Source of the DNA: Chloroflexota bacterium
Lineage (GTDB): Bacteria; Chloroflexota; Dehalococcoidia; UBA2979
Reading direction: 5' to 3'
Assembly (NCBI GenBank): GCA_947479915.1
Contig: CANKAU010000003.1
Span: 41,359 to 105,358, forward strand
Length of the DNA: 64,000 bases
Below are positions 9,646 through 18,310 of this stretch, one piece after another. How positions within the stretch are numbered: the stretch's first letter is position 1; each line of letters starts with the position of its first letter. The translations under genes and the position numbers were made by a program. Below the pieces are notes generated by a model that did not search any database, was not told the DNA's origin, and was given only the letters and a program-made list of their open reading frames with translations.

Positions 9646-10476
9646 ATGAGCCCCCTCGGGGCGTTTCAAGGATGCCGGGACCGCGTTCGGCGCGCGGAGT
9701 CACACAACGAAGCATTCGCTGCGACGTGGAACGCGTTCATCGAGAGCGAGCCCTATCACGCCTTCATCAGGGTGAACAACGACGGCAGCGGCGAGTTGCA
9801 CGCGGAGTGCAGCTACGACCTTCCGAAGGCGCTTTCCTTCGAGTTGGGTGAACTGCTCTACCAACTTCGCGCGGCTCTCGACGGCTGCGTGTACGCGGCC
9901 GCCGTGCTCGAGACGGGCAAGAATCCACCCCCGAACGAGCATCAGTTGGAGTTTCCGGTCTGCTACTCGCAGGAGGAGTTCCGGAGAGCTCGGTGGCATC
10001 TAAAACCGGTGCTCGGAAACCAGCGACTCATGTCCCTCGTGGAATCCATTCAGCCTTACAACGTGCCAGCAATCGACGCTCATCTGATGATCCTGAACGG
10101 CAATCGGACGATCGGAATCCTGCACGACTGGGCGCGCAAAGACAGACACCGTCAACTTCACCTCGTGGGATCCTGGCGCTCCAACATGAACCCGGTGATT
10201 CTCTTGCCGGAGGGATGCGCACTCGATTACCTAATGGTGACTTCCGATGGTCTCTTGGAGTCCGGCACCCTCGTCGCTCGATTCAGGTTGTCCGGCTATG
10301 TACCTGGGATGAACGTCCAAGGGAATCCCGACATGGCGATCGACGTGGCCGTCCGGGAGGCTCCAGAACCCTGCGCTGACAATGACACACTCGACATGCG
10401 GGTACGCTCGATGATCGCCTGGACGCGCATGGTTATCGACAGCATCGAGAACCTGTTTAGCGACGCTAAGCAGTAA
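9646..10476 (+). CDS. Hypothetical protein, atypical (more AT-rich) codon usage, possible HEPN-like fold
   Basis: ATG 9646 after GGGAAGGGAG; motifs GELLYQLRAALD, FP, QPY, ARKDRHR. Confidence 0.7.
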   Translation: MSPLGAFQGCRDRVRRAESHNEAFAATWNAFIESEPYHAFIRVNNDGSGELHAECSYDLPKALSFELGELLYQLRAALDGCVYAAAVLETGKNPPPNEHQLEFPVCYSQEEFRRARWHLKPVLGNQRLMSLVESIQPYNVPAIDAHLMILNGNRTIGILHDWARKDRHRQLHLVGSWRSNMNPVILLPEGCALDYLMVTSDGLLESGTLVARFRLSGYVPGMNVQGNPDMAIDVAVREAPEPCADNDTLDMRVRSMIAWTRMVIDSIENLFSDAKQ

Positions 10477-10490
10477 CGTGCACCAAACCA

Positions 10491-10518
10491 ACAGGGGCGC
10501 CCTCTCGGGCGCCCCTGT
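10491..10518. terminator. Intrinsic, probably bidirectional, terminator hairpin
   Basis: ACAGGGGCGCCC-TCTC-GGGCGCCCCTGT, a perfect 12-bp stem between convergent genes. Confidence 0.85.
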
Positions 10519-10544
10519 CGTTCTGGAACCGAAGCGATCGAGGG

Positions 10545-11426
10545 CTACGCGAGCCCCTTCTCCTTCAGCACGCGCTGCATCGTGCTGCCGATGTCACCGG
10601 GGTTCTCCACCACGGTGGCGCCGGCCTCGCGGAGCGCCTGCTGCTTCGCGGAGGCGGTGCCCGCCGCGCCGGAGATGATCGCGCCCGCGTGGCCCATGCG
10701 GCGGCCCGGAGGCGCCGTGGCGCCGCCGATGAAGGCGACAACCGGCTTCTTCATCGTCTTGATGTACTCGGCCGCTTCCTGCTCCGCCGTGCCACCGATC
10801 TCGCCGATCAGCACGATCGCCGCGGTGTCGGGGTCGGCCTCGAACAGCTCGAGCGCCTCGCGCTGGGTCGTGCCGATGATCGGGTCACCGCCGACGCCGA
10901 GGCTGCCCGACTGGCCGATGCCGAGGCGAGTGAGCTGGTCGACCGCCTCGTACACCAGCGTGCCGGAACGGGAGATGACGCCGACGCTGCCCTCCAGGTA
11001 GACGTCCACCGGCATGATGCCGGCGCGCGAGCGCTCGGCGACCGAGATGACGCCCGGGCAGTTCGGGCCGATGAGGCGCGACTTGGAGTTCTTGAGGACG
11101 CGCTTCACCTTCACCATGTCGAGGGTCGGAATGCCCTCGGTGATGCAGATGATCAGCGGCACGCCCGCGCGCTCCGCCTCCAGGATCGCGTCCGCGGCGA
11201 AGGGCGCCGGGACGAAGATCAGCGAGACGTTCGCCTGGTGGGCCGTGACGGCCTCCTCGACGGTGTTGTAGATCGGGACGCCCTCGATCGTCTGTCCCCC
11301 ACGGCCGGGGGTGACGCCGGCGACGACCTGCGTGCCGTAGGCGATGCTCGTCTTGGCCTCGCGCTGGCCCGCGCCGCCGAAGCCCTGGATGACGACGCGG
11401 CTGTCCTTGTTCATCAATACGGCCAT
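10545..11426 (-). CDS. sucD: Succinyl-CoA synthetase alpha subunit
   Basis: GPNCPG, SRSGTL, IGEIGG, RMGHAGA. Confidence 0.97.
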   Translation of the reverse strand: MAVLMNKDSRVVIQGFGGAGQREAKTSIAYGTQVVAGVTPGRGGQTIEGVPIYNTVEEAVTAHQANVSLIFVPAPFAADAILEAERAGVPLIICITEGIPTLDMVKVKRVLKNSKSRLIGPNCPGVISVAERSRAGIMPVDVYLEGSVGVISRSGTLVYEAVDQLTRLGIGQSGSLGVGGDPIIGTTQREALELFEADPDTAAIVLIGEIGGTAEQEAAEYIKTMKKPVVAFIGGATAPPGRRMGHAGAIISGAAGTASAKQQALREAGATVVENPGDIGSTMQRVLKEKGLA

Positions 11427-11438
11427 CGTGCGGCCCCC

Positions 11439-12611
11439 TTACTTCTCGCCGCGCGAGGCCGCGACGGCCTTGCGGGCGCCGTCTGCGAAGCCGTCCGCGC
11501 GGATCAGCTCAACGTCGGTCGCGTCGTCGAGGATCTTGTTGCCGATGTCCACGTTGGTGCCCGACAGGCGCACCACGGTGGGCTGGGAGATCATCCCCTG
11601 CCGCTTGGCCAGGATGACGCCCTCGGCGATCACGTCCGTGCGCGCCAGGCCACCGAAGATGTTGACCAGCACGGCCTTCACGTTCGGGTCCGAGCCGATG
11701 AGGCGGAGCGCCGCGGCGATCGCCTCCGGGTTGTTCGCCGTGCCGATGTCCAGGAAGTTCGCCGGCTCGCCGCCCGCGAACTTGATGCCGTCCATCGTCG
11801 CCATCGCGAGGCCCGCGCCGTTGACGAGGCAGCCGATGTCCCCGTCCAGCGCGACGTAGTTCTGGATGCCGTGGTCGTGGGCGTCCAGCTCGCGGTCGTC
11901 CTCCTGAGAGCGGTCACGCTGCTCGGTGAGCGCCTTCTGGCGGTAGTCGGCGTTGTCGTCCGTGGAGAACTTGGCGTCGGCGGCCAGCAGGCGACCGTCC
12001 TTCGTCACCACGACCGGGTTGATCTCCGCGATCGCCCCATCGCTCGCCTCGAACGCCTTCACCAGGTCGCCGATGAGCTTGGTGGCCGGGCCGAGCAGGT
12101 CGCCGCCGAGGCCGATCTTGAAGGCCAGGTCGCGGCCCTGGAACGGCTGGAAGCCGCAGGCCGGGTCGACGTGCTGCTTGTGGATCGCGTCCGGGCTGGT
12201 GGCCGCGACTTCCTCGATGTCCATGCCGCCCTGAGCGGAGGCGATGATCACCGGCATGCCGGGCGTGTTGTCGATCGCGACCGAGAGGTAGATCTCGCGG
12301 TCGATGTCGACGAGCTCCTCGACCAGCACGGCGGAGACGGGCAGTCCGGCGGGGCCGGTCTGGTGGGTGACGAGCTGCATGCCCAGGATCGCCTGAGCGT
12401 GCGCCTTCGCCTCCTCGGGGGTCTTGGCGACCTTCACGCCGCCGGCCTTGCCGCGGGCGCCGGTGTGGGCCTGCGCCTTAATGACGCTACTGCCGCCCAG
12501 CTCTCGCGTGATGGCCTCGGCCTCCTCGGGGGTGCGCGCAACGCGCCCCTTCGGCACCGGCACGCCAAAGCGAGCCAGCAGCTCCTTCGCCTGATACTCG
12601 TGCAGCTTCAT
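11439..12611 (-). CDS. sucC: Succinyl-CoA synthetase beta subunit
   Basis: MKLHEYQAKELL, RGKAGGVK, NGAGLAMATMD, PANFLD. Confidence 0.97.
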   Translation of the reverse strand: MKLHEYQAKELLARFGVPVPKGRVARTPEEAEAITRELGGSSVIKAQAHTGARGKAGGVKVAKTPEEAKAHAQAILGMQLVTHQTGPAGLPVSAVLVEELVDIDREIYLSVAIDNTPGMPVIIASAQGGMDIEEVAATSPDAIHKQHVDPACGFQPFQGRDLAFKIGLGGDLLGPATKLIGDLVKAFEASDGAIAEINPVVVTKDGRLLAADAKFSTDDNADYRQKALTEQRDRSQEDDRELDAHDHGIQNYVALDGDIGCLVNGAGLAMATMDGIKFAGGEPANFLDIGTANNPEAIAAALRLIGSDPNVKAVLVNIFGGLARTDVIAEGVILAKRQGMISQPTVVRLSGTNVDIGNKILDDATDVELIRADGFADGARKAVAASRGEK

Positions 12612-12749
12612 GACGCCTCGAATCCCGCCTCGCTAGAGGCCGCGGAGCGGCCGAACGTTGACGTAAAAGAGGGCCACCGACGGCGGCCCGCTGGCGATAC
12701 TACCACTACCGAGCATGGGGGCTAGGCGCGAGCGGCCCGAGCGCGACCG

Positions 12750-13007
12750 TTAGACCGAGGTGCCGAACGGCGGCGGGGCCGACGGGGCAGCCTCCGCGGT
12801 GGGCGAAGCCATGTCCGCGAGCCCCGCGGTCGGCTCCAGCGCCTGGACAAAGGCATCCCAGTCCGCGACCCGGAACACGATTTCGTTCTCGTGGACGGCC
12901 TCGCCGTGCCGCGTCTCGATCGACAGTGGCCCTCCAGCCTGGAGGTAGCCATGGAGCGAGGCGAGGACATTCCCGAGGTTACGGGCGTTCAGTTCGGCGC
13001 GGGACAC
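12750..13007 (-). CDS. Small hypothetical protein
   Basis: 85-aa ORF filling the gap between the HDOD gene and sucC, with globular-looking composition. Confidence 0.5.
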   Translation of the reverse strand: MSRAELNARNLGNVLASLHGYLQAGGPLSIETRHGEAVHENEIVFRVADWDAFVQALEPTAGLADMASPTAEAAPSAPPPFGTSV

Positions 13008-13138
13008 AGGTGAGACCTAACGCTGGCAGACGGGGCGAGATGGCTTCTGTCTGCTTGAATACAGAGCATCGGCCATGGCCGTCACGAGCCCGTGACGCCA
13101 ACGCGACTCCTCGAAGCATTCTCGATACTGCGGGCCCA

Positions 13139-14050
13139 CTAAGCCCGGGCGACGGCGCTCTCCACGAAGGCGGCCACGCGCTCCGCGATGCCGGCGATGC
13201 CGCCCGTCTGCGCGAGGCTGCGCGAGAGCGGCGGGACGTTCCATTCCTCGGATGCCGGCTCGACCGAGAGCGGCTCCACGCCGTCCGTGAGGCCGGAGGC
13301 GCGAGCGAAGAGCCGCGCACGGATGACGAAAGCCGCGAGGCTCTTCGGGTCCGGCAGCGCGTTCACATCGAGATTATGTCGCGCAACCGCGTCCGCGAGG
13401 TTCGGCGGGAAGTTCCAGTGCAGGGCGAGCGCCCCACCCACCTCGGCGTCGGTGTAGCCGAGGACCTGGCGCTCGGCCTGGGCGACGGTCCACCCGCGCG
13501 TCTGAGCCACCTCGACGCAGCGGCGCAGGTCGTCCGGGCGGTGCTGGTCCATGGCGAGGCGGCCGATGTTGTGCAGGACGCCCGCGGTGAACGCCTCGTC
13601 GGTGTGCTCACGCGTGGCGCGGGAGAGCACCTCGGCGAGCATGCCGACGCTGACGGAGAAGCGCCATGCCTCTGCCGGGTCCATCACCGTGCCCCCCGGG
13701 AGCGCCTCGATGACGCAGGAGGCAAGGGTGGCGGAGCGCACGGCGCGGAAGCCGAGCAGCACCACGGCGTCGCGGACGGTAGTGATGCGGCGAGGGAAGC
13801 CGTAGTAGGCGGAGTTGGAGAGGCGGAGGATCTTGGCGGTCAGCGCCTGGTCGGCGGACACGGTCTGCGCCAGCTCGTGCGCGGAGAACCGGTCGCCCTC
13901 GGCGAGCTCGAGGACGCGCAGGGCGACGACGGGCAGCGGGCGCAGCTCGGCAATCTCGGTGACGAGGACGTCAAGTTCCGGGTTCGGTTGAACCACCACA
14001 GACGCCGTTTCAACTCTGGGCCGCATGTTGGAGAACACGCGTCTTTCCAT
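13139..14050 (-). CDS. HDOD domain protein
   Basis: LRPLPVV, DQALTAKILRLSNSAYYG, AVVLLG, GVLHNIG, WNFP. Start could be 14038 or 14026. Confidence 0.92.
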   Translation of the reverse strand: MERRVFSNMRPRVETASVVVQPNPELDVLVTEIAELRPLPVVALRVLELAEGDRFSAHELAQTVSADQALTAKILRLSNSAYYGFPRRITTVRDAVVLLGFRAVRSATLASCVIEALPGGTVMDPAEAWRFSVSVGMLAEVLSRATREHTDEAFTAGVLHNIGRLAMDQHRPDDLRRCVEVAQTRGWTVAQAERQVLGYTDAEVGGALALHWNFPPNLADAVARHNLDVNALPDPKSLAAFVIRARLFARASGLTDGVEPLSVEPASEEWNVPPLSRSLAQTGGIAGIAERVAAFVESAVARA

Positions 14051-14126
14051 ATAGTCGGCAACCCGCGCCGATTCACGAGGGTCGTCCGGGATGCGGACTC
14101 CTCAGCCGACGGCTGGATTGGGAAAC

Positions 14127-14216
14127 TGGCGGAGGGGGTGGGATTCGAACCCACGGTCCACTTGCGAGGACGACCGTTTTCAAGACGGTTCCGTTCGACC
14201 GCTCCGGCACCCCTCC
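14127..14216 (-). tRNA. tRNA-Ser(TGA)
   Basis: GGAGGGG...ACCGT-CTTGAAA-ACGGT, long variable arm, GGTTCGAATCC, CCCCTCC-G-CCA. Confidence 0.96.
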
Positions 14217-14381
14217 GAGCCGACAGGGTAGCGCCCCCGCCCTCCTGCCGCAGCCGCCGGCCCGCGCGATGGGGCCGCCCGCCTCGGGCGATGGCGGGGA
14301 CGAATAGACGGCACGGGAGCGCGACAGTAGGATCGCGGCGAGTCCGCTGTGACGCCGTAGTGTCTACGGGAAGGTGTCCCT

Positions 14382-15491
14382 GTGCCGTTCGTCATCACCG
14401 ATCCCTGCATCGATACGAAGGACCAGGCGTGCGTTTCGGTCTGCCCGGTGGATTGCATCCACTTCGAGGACAGCGACCGGATGCTCTACATCAACCCCTC
14501 GGAGTGCATCGACTGCGGCGCGTGCCAGCCGGCCTGCCCCGTAAGCGCGATCTTCCCGGACAGCGCCGTGCCGGATGCCTCCAAGAAGTTCGTCCAGATC
14601 AACGAGCTCTGGTACGCCGACAAGGCTGCCGCCCGCTCGATGGTCGGTGGTGGCTCCGGCGCTCCCGCCGCCGCTGACGCCGGTCACTCCCCCGCCGCCG
14701 CGCCGGCCGCCAAGGCCGAGGCTCCGGCGAAGGCAGAAAAGGCCGACGAGCCGCCCCCCGTCCTGCAGGTGCCCGCGACCAAGGGCATCCACCAGCCGGT
14801 CGTCTCCACCTACCGTGCGCCGTCCGCCAAGAGCTTCATCGCGCTGACGCTGTTCGCCGCGCTGTATGCCCTCGCGTTCATCGTCCCGGGCCCGGCGATC
14901 GTCGTGCTCGCAGGCGTGACCATCGGCCCGGTCACGGTGCTGGCGCTGGTCGTGTCGCTGGTCTTCCTCCTCGGCTTCCTCGTGAACCAGGCGATGGACC
15001 TCTCGCGCTTCGCTGCGCGCCAGCGCCGCGAGAAGGCGCCGTGGCGTGGAGTCCGCGTCGAGTGGCGTCGCAACGAGGAGTCGCGCCGCTACAACCTCGC
15101 CGAGACCGTGAACGCGATCGCGCGCGAGCGCTTCGCGTTCCCGAACGAGGAGAACCCGGACCTCCGCACCTACGTGAACCTCCCCGAGCCGACCATGGCG
15201 ATCGAGCCGCGCGGCACGGGCGAGAAGGTCTTCCCGGACATCGTGACCGTCGCCTACCCGGGCAACTACCCGGTGGCGGTGGCGCAGGTGGAGTCCAAGG
15301 AGACAGTCTCCCTCGACCAGGCGAAGTACGTGTGGTCGAGGCTGCAGACGAAGAACACCGACCTCTACCTGTACGTCCCCGCGGGGACGCTGGCCGAGGC
15401 GAAGGACTTCGCGAAGGTCGCGGGTATCAAGAACGCGAAGTTCCGTACCTGGCGCTGGGCGCCGAACGGCATGGTCGTCCGCGAGATCTAG
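14382..15491 (+). CDS. FdxA-type ferredoxin fused to two TM helices and a C-terminal PD-(D/E)XK-like domain
   Basis: CIDTKDQACVSVCPVDC and CIDCGACQPACP; Ala/Pro linker; hydrophobic hairpin; FPDIV...AQVES. Confidence 0.8.
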   Translation: MPFVITDPCIDTKDQACVSVCPVDCIHFEDSDRMLYINPSECIDCGACQPACPVSAIFPDSAVPDASKKFVQINELWYADKAAARSMVGGGSGAPAAADAGHSPAAAPAAKAEAPAKAEKADEPPPVLQVPATKGIHQPVVSTYRAPSAKSFIALTLFAALYALAFIVPGPAIVVLAGVTIGPVTVLALVVSLVFLLGFLVNQAMDLSRFAARQRREKAPWRGVRVEWRRNEESRRYNLAETVNAIARERFAFPNEENPDLRTYVNLPEPTMAIEPRGTGEKVFPDIVTVAYPGNYPVAVAQVESKETVSLDQAKYVWSRLQTKNTDLYLYVPAGTLAEAKDFAKVAGIKNAKFRTWRWAPNGMVVREI

Positions 15492-15515
15492 TCCCGCGCC
15501 CACCTCGACTCATCG

Positions 15516-15549
15516 CAACGCCCCGAGGCAACTCGGGGCGTTGTTCTTG
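15516..15549 (+). terminator. Intrinsic terminator
   Basis: CAACGCCCCGAG-GCAA-CTCGGGGCGTTG followed by TTCTTG. Confidence 0.85.
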
Positions 15550-15570
15550 TCCCGGACATTCGAGGTGGCC

Positions 15571-16287
15571 CTAGGGGATCGCGGCGATCGCGCCCGACTT
15601 CAGGACGTTCTTCAGCGCCTCCCGCTTGCTGAGCGGGCTGAGCCGGTCGGCGTGTGCGGTGACGTAGCGCACCACCTCGGGCGGATCTGTCCACGCGTAC
15701 TGGCGGAGCGCCCAGCCGATCGCCTTGCGGATGAAGAACTCGCGATCGTCGAGGTTCGCCTCGATGCACGCGTACAGCAGGTCGAGGTCCGTGTCGGCCT
15801 TACGGCCGAGCTGGCAGATGATCGAGACGCGCCGCTTCCACAGCACCTGGTCGGTGCTCCACGCACGCATCTCCAGCGTCATCGCCGCGCGATCGCTGCG
15901 CATCACCTCGCCGATGAGCCGCACCGTGCCGTCCACGAGATCCCACCACGCGCCGGTGACGACGAACTCCTCGAGCATCGGCAGCGCCGCGAGCGTCAGA
16001 TAGCGCGCGTAGGGGCGGCGTCCCGCGAGATCGAGAACGGCGTAGCGCTCCTCGCGGTGCGTTGCCTCGCGCCACAGAGCGAGCAGCGTGTCGCGCCATG
16101 CCTCAAACGTGTCGAGGTGATGCGCAACATGGACGGCCGAGCACACGCGCCGGACGACAGGGCTCGGCACGCCGTAGAACGGCATGGCGGACTTCATGTA
16201 CGCCTGCATGGGCGCGGCCTTCGACGGGTCGGCAGCATCGGCCAGTCCGGCGCGCACGGCCTCGATCAGGGCGCGGTCCGCGGTCAC
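15571..16287 (-). CDS. DNA alkylation repair protein (AlkD-like HEAT-repeat glycosylase)
   Basis: MQAYMK, REERY, WWDLVD, EFFIRKAIGWALRQY; GTG start overlaps the upstream stop. Confidence 0.9.
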   Translation of the reverse strand: MTADRALIEAVRAGLADAADPSKAAPMQAYMKSAMPFYGVPSPVVRRVCSAVHVAHHLDTFEAWRDTLLALWREATHREERYAVLDLAGRRPYARYLTLAALPMLEEFVVTGAWWDLVDGTVRLIGEVMRSDRAAMTLEMRAWSTDQVLWKRRVSIICQLGRKADTDLDLLYACIEANLDDREFFIRKAIGWALRQYAWTDPPEVVRYVTAHADRLSPLSKREALKNVLKSGAIAAIP

Positions 16288-16655
16288 GCGCCGAGTCGCT
16301 CGCGCAGGATCTCGGCGAGCAGCGTGCAGTGGCACGGCGTGCCCTCGGGCGACTCGCAGAGCAACGCGACGCCCGTGTTCGTCGCCATACGCGCAGCCCA
16401 GTCGAGGAGGCTCGGCCGCTCCGCGACCTGCCCGCGATAAGCATCCTCGAACGCAGCGCGAGTCAGCGTGCCCGCGGCGAACGCGTCGGCGATCTCAGCA
16501 CGGGGGCCGAGGTTCGGCTCCCACTGGTCGACCGAGCCGCGCACGATGCCGCTCGGCCAGTGGCGCGTCACGAGTAATCGCGGCAGCGGATCGTCCGGCG
16601 GCGCGAAGACCGAGCCGACGATGATCTGCGGGCCGACCGCCGGCGCGCCCGTCAT
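16284..16655 (-). CDS. DUF488/YeaO family protein
   Basis: RLLVTRHWP.G, W...LGP, F...Y, LLC......CH..LL. Confidence 0.8.
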   Translation of the reverse strand: MTGAPAVGPQIIVGSVFAPPDDPLPRLLVTRHWPSGIVRGSVDQWEPNLGPRAEIADAFAAGTLTRAAFEDAYRGQVAERPSLLDWAARMATNTGVALLCESPEGTPCHCTLLAEILRERLGA

Positions 16656-17668
16656 GCGGGCTGCTCCGCGACGTGCGCGAGGCTCCCCGGCAGGCCGAGG
16701 TCCTCGCCACCGAACAGCGAGGCGAGCGCGTTCAACTCACCGGCCCGCGCGAACAGCAGCGCCGCGCTGCGGACGACCTCGACGCCGATCGTGCTGTCAC
16801 TCATCGGCCGCGCGAGGTCGTCCGCACTCAATGCAGCGAGCACGGGGGCGCTGCCCTCGAGCGCTGCGCGGTAGGCGGCGCGCGCCTCGTCGTAGGTGGG
16901 CACGGGGTCGAGGGAGGCGCGGCCGAGGATCGCGGCGCCGGACCAGATGCGCGGCTCCGTGCTCCAGGACTCGGACTCGTGGTTCGCGACCTCGGCGATC
17001 GTCTTTGCGCCGGGATGCACGCGCGCGATGGAGCCGACGGCAGCGGGCTGCGGCATCGCCTCCACGACGCGGGCGAACTCGTGCTGCGCGTCCAGGAGCA
17101 GTCGCACGATCAGCGGCGGGCGAGCCGACGCCTCGCCCTCCTCGGACGGGACGATGTCGGTGCCAGCGACACGGGGGAGCGCGCCCGGCAGGTCGAGGTC
17201 GGGTGCGGTCACCAGCGCACCGATGACGGCGAGCTCACCGGCGTGCGCGAACAGGTGCGCGGGCGCGCGGCAGATGACGTATCCGACGGTGCTCGGGCCG
17301 TAGCGCGTCTGGATCTCGCGCCCGAACGTCGAGGCATCGAGCGACTCGACGACCTCGCTCGCTCGCGCAGTGATGGCGAGGTAGGCGTCGCGTGCCTCGG
17401 CGTAGGGCGTGGGGAGCGGGCGCGCGAGCGTCGCCTCGCGCTGGGCGGCAGCCCACTGCGCGGCCCATGCATCGGGCTCGCGACCGGCGGCGAGGACGTT
17501 GACGAAGTAGTCGTGCGACCACGCGGCGTGGGCGATCACCCAGCCCGCCGCGTTGAGGCGGCCGAGCGGGCCTCCTCGACCGGGCGCGGGGATGTGGTCG
17601 ATGGCGCGGAGGAACTCATCCTGAGCGTCGAGGAGGAAGCGTGCCGCGAGCGGGTGCGGGGGCGTCAT
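16652..17668 (-). CDS. Tandem DinB/YfiT-like domain protein
   Basis: WVIAH and HLFAHAGE metal-binding pattern; clear internal duplication. Confidence 0.75.
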   Translation of the reverse strand: MTPPHPLAARFLLDAQDEFLRAIDHIPAPGRGGPLGRLNAAGWVIAHAAWSHDYFVNVLAAGREPDAWAAQWAAAQREATLARPLPTPYAEARDAYLAITARASEVVESLDASTFGREIQTRYGPSTVGYVICRAPAHLFAHAGELAVIGALVTAPDLDLPGALPRVAGTDIVPSEEGEASARPPLIVRLLLDAQHEFARVVEAMPQPAAVGSIARVHPGAKTIAEVANHESESWSTEPRIWSGAAILGRASLDPVPTYDEARAAYRAALEGSAPVLAALSADDLARPMSDSTIGVEVVRSAALLFARAGELNALASLFGGEDLGLPGSLAHVAEQPA

Positions 17669-17735
17669 GACGCGAGTCTACGACAGCCCCCGAGCACCGG
17701 CCCCCGCCGCTGGCCCGGCGTGATCTAGACGGCGG

Positions 17736-17924
17736 CTAGGCGGCGCGGTGCCACAGACGCGGGGTGTACCGCGGCACTCGCTCTGAGGGCGCAAGCCGAG
17801 GGAAGAAGGCGGGCGTGATGACCGCGTAGTCCTCCCCGGCGTTCAAGGCGCCCCCAGCCCACTGGCGAAGCAGGGTCGCCCCGGCCGCGCCGATGATCGT
17901 TCCGAGAACGATGGCAAACATCAT
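17736..17924 (-). CDS. 62-aa single-TM microprotein, putatively SOS-regulated
   Basis: GGGGG RBS 7 nt before ATG; N-terminal hydrophobic MMFAIVLGTIIGAAGATLL; dedicated promoter with LexA-type boxes. Confidence 0.65.
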   Translation of the reverse strand: MMFAIVLGTIIGAAGATLLRQWAGGALNAGEDYAVITPAFFPRLAPSERVPRYTPRLWHRAA

Positions 17925-17970
17925 GGTGGAACCCCCGTAACCGCACATCCGACACCGGGAGCGCCTGAGC

Positions 17971-18027
17971 AGAACGCCTGTTCGCTCCCGTTCGAGGAGA
18001 CTAGAACAACCGTCCTAGTGCTGTCAA
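17971..18027 (-). promoter_or_regulatory. Sigma70 promoter with two LexA (GAAC-N4-GTTC) boxes
   Basis: Minus-strand TTGACA(18027-22)-18nt-TAGTCT(18003-17998); AGAACgcctGTTCG at 17971-17984 and AGAACaaccGTCCT at 18003-18016. Confidence 0.75.
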
Positions 18028-18137
18028 GGCATGTTCGGAACGGATTTCCGGACGCATGGCGTGCTCGAAGGAGGACCGACCGCGCACGCTCCGCTCGACG
18101 CGCGACGGGTACGCCGAATATGATCGGCGTCCGGCCT

Positions 18138-18230
18138 GGAGGGGTCGCATAGTGGTCTAGTGCGGGCGCCTGCTAAGCGCTTGTCTCGGGTTCTCTGGGA
18201 CCGAGGGTTCGAATCCCTCCCCCTCCGCCA
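18138..18230 (+). tRNA. tRNA-Ser(GCT)
   Basis: GGAGGGG...GGCGC-CTGCTAA-GCGCT, long variable arm, GGTTCGAATCC, CCCCTCC-G-CCA. Confidence 0.96.
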
Positions 18231-18310
18231 CCGAATCCCCTCGACCCGCCCGGCAAGCGGAGCCACGTCGAGGGAGCCCGGAACCGCGCCCCCCAGAGAG
18301 GGAGCCACCC

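Noticed and set aside
14127-18230. Region between two tRNA-Ser genes as a possible integrated island
   Set aside because: No integrase, no duplicated tRNA 3' end beyond the two full tRNAs, and host-like composition
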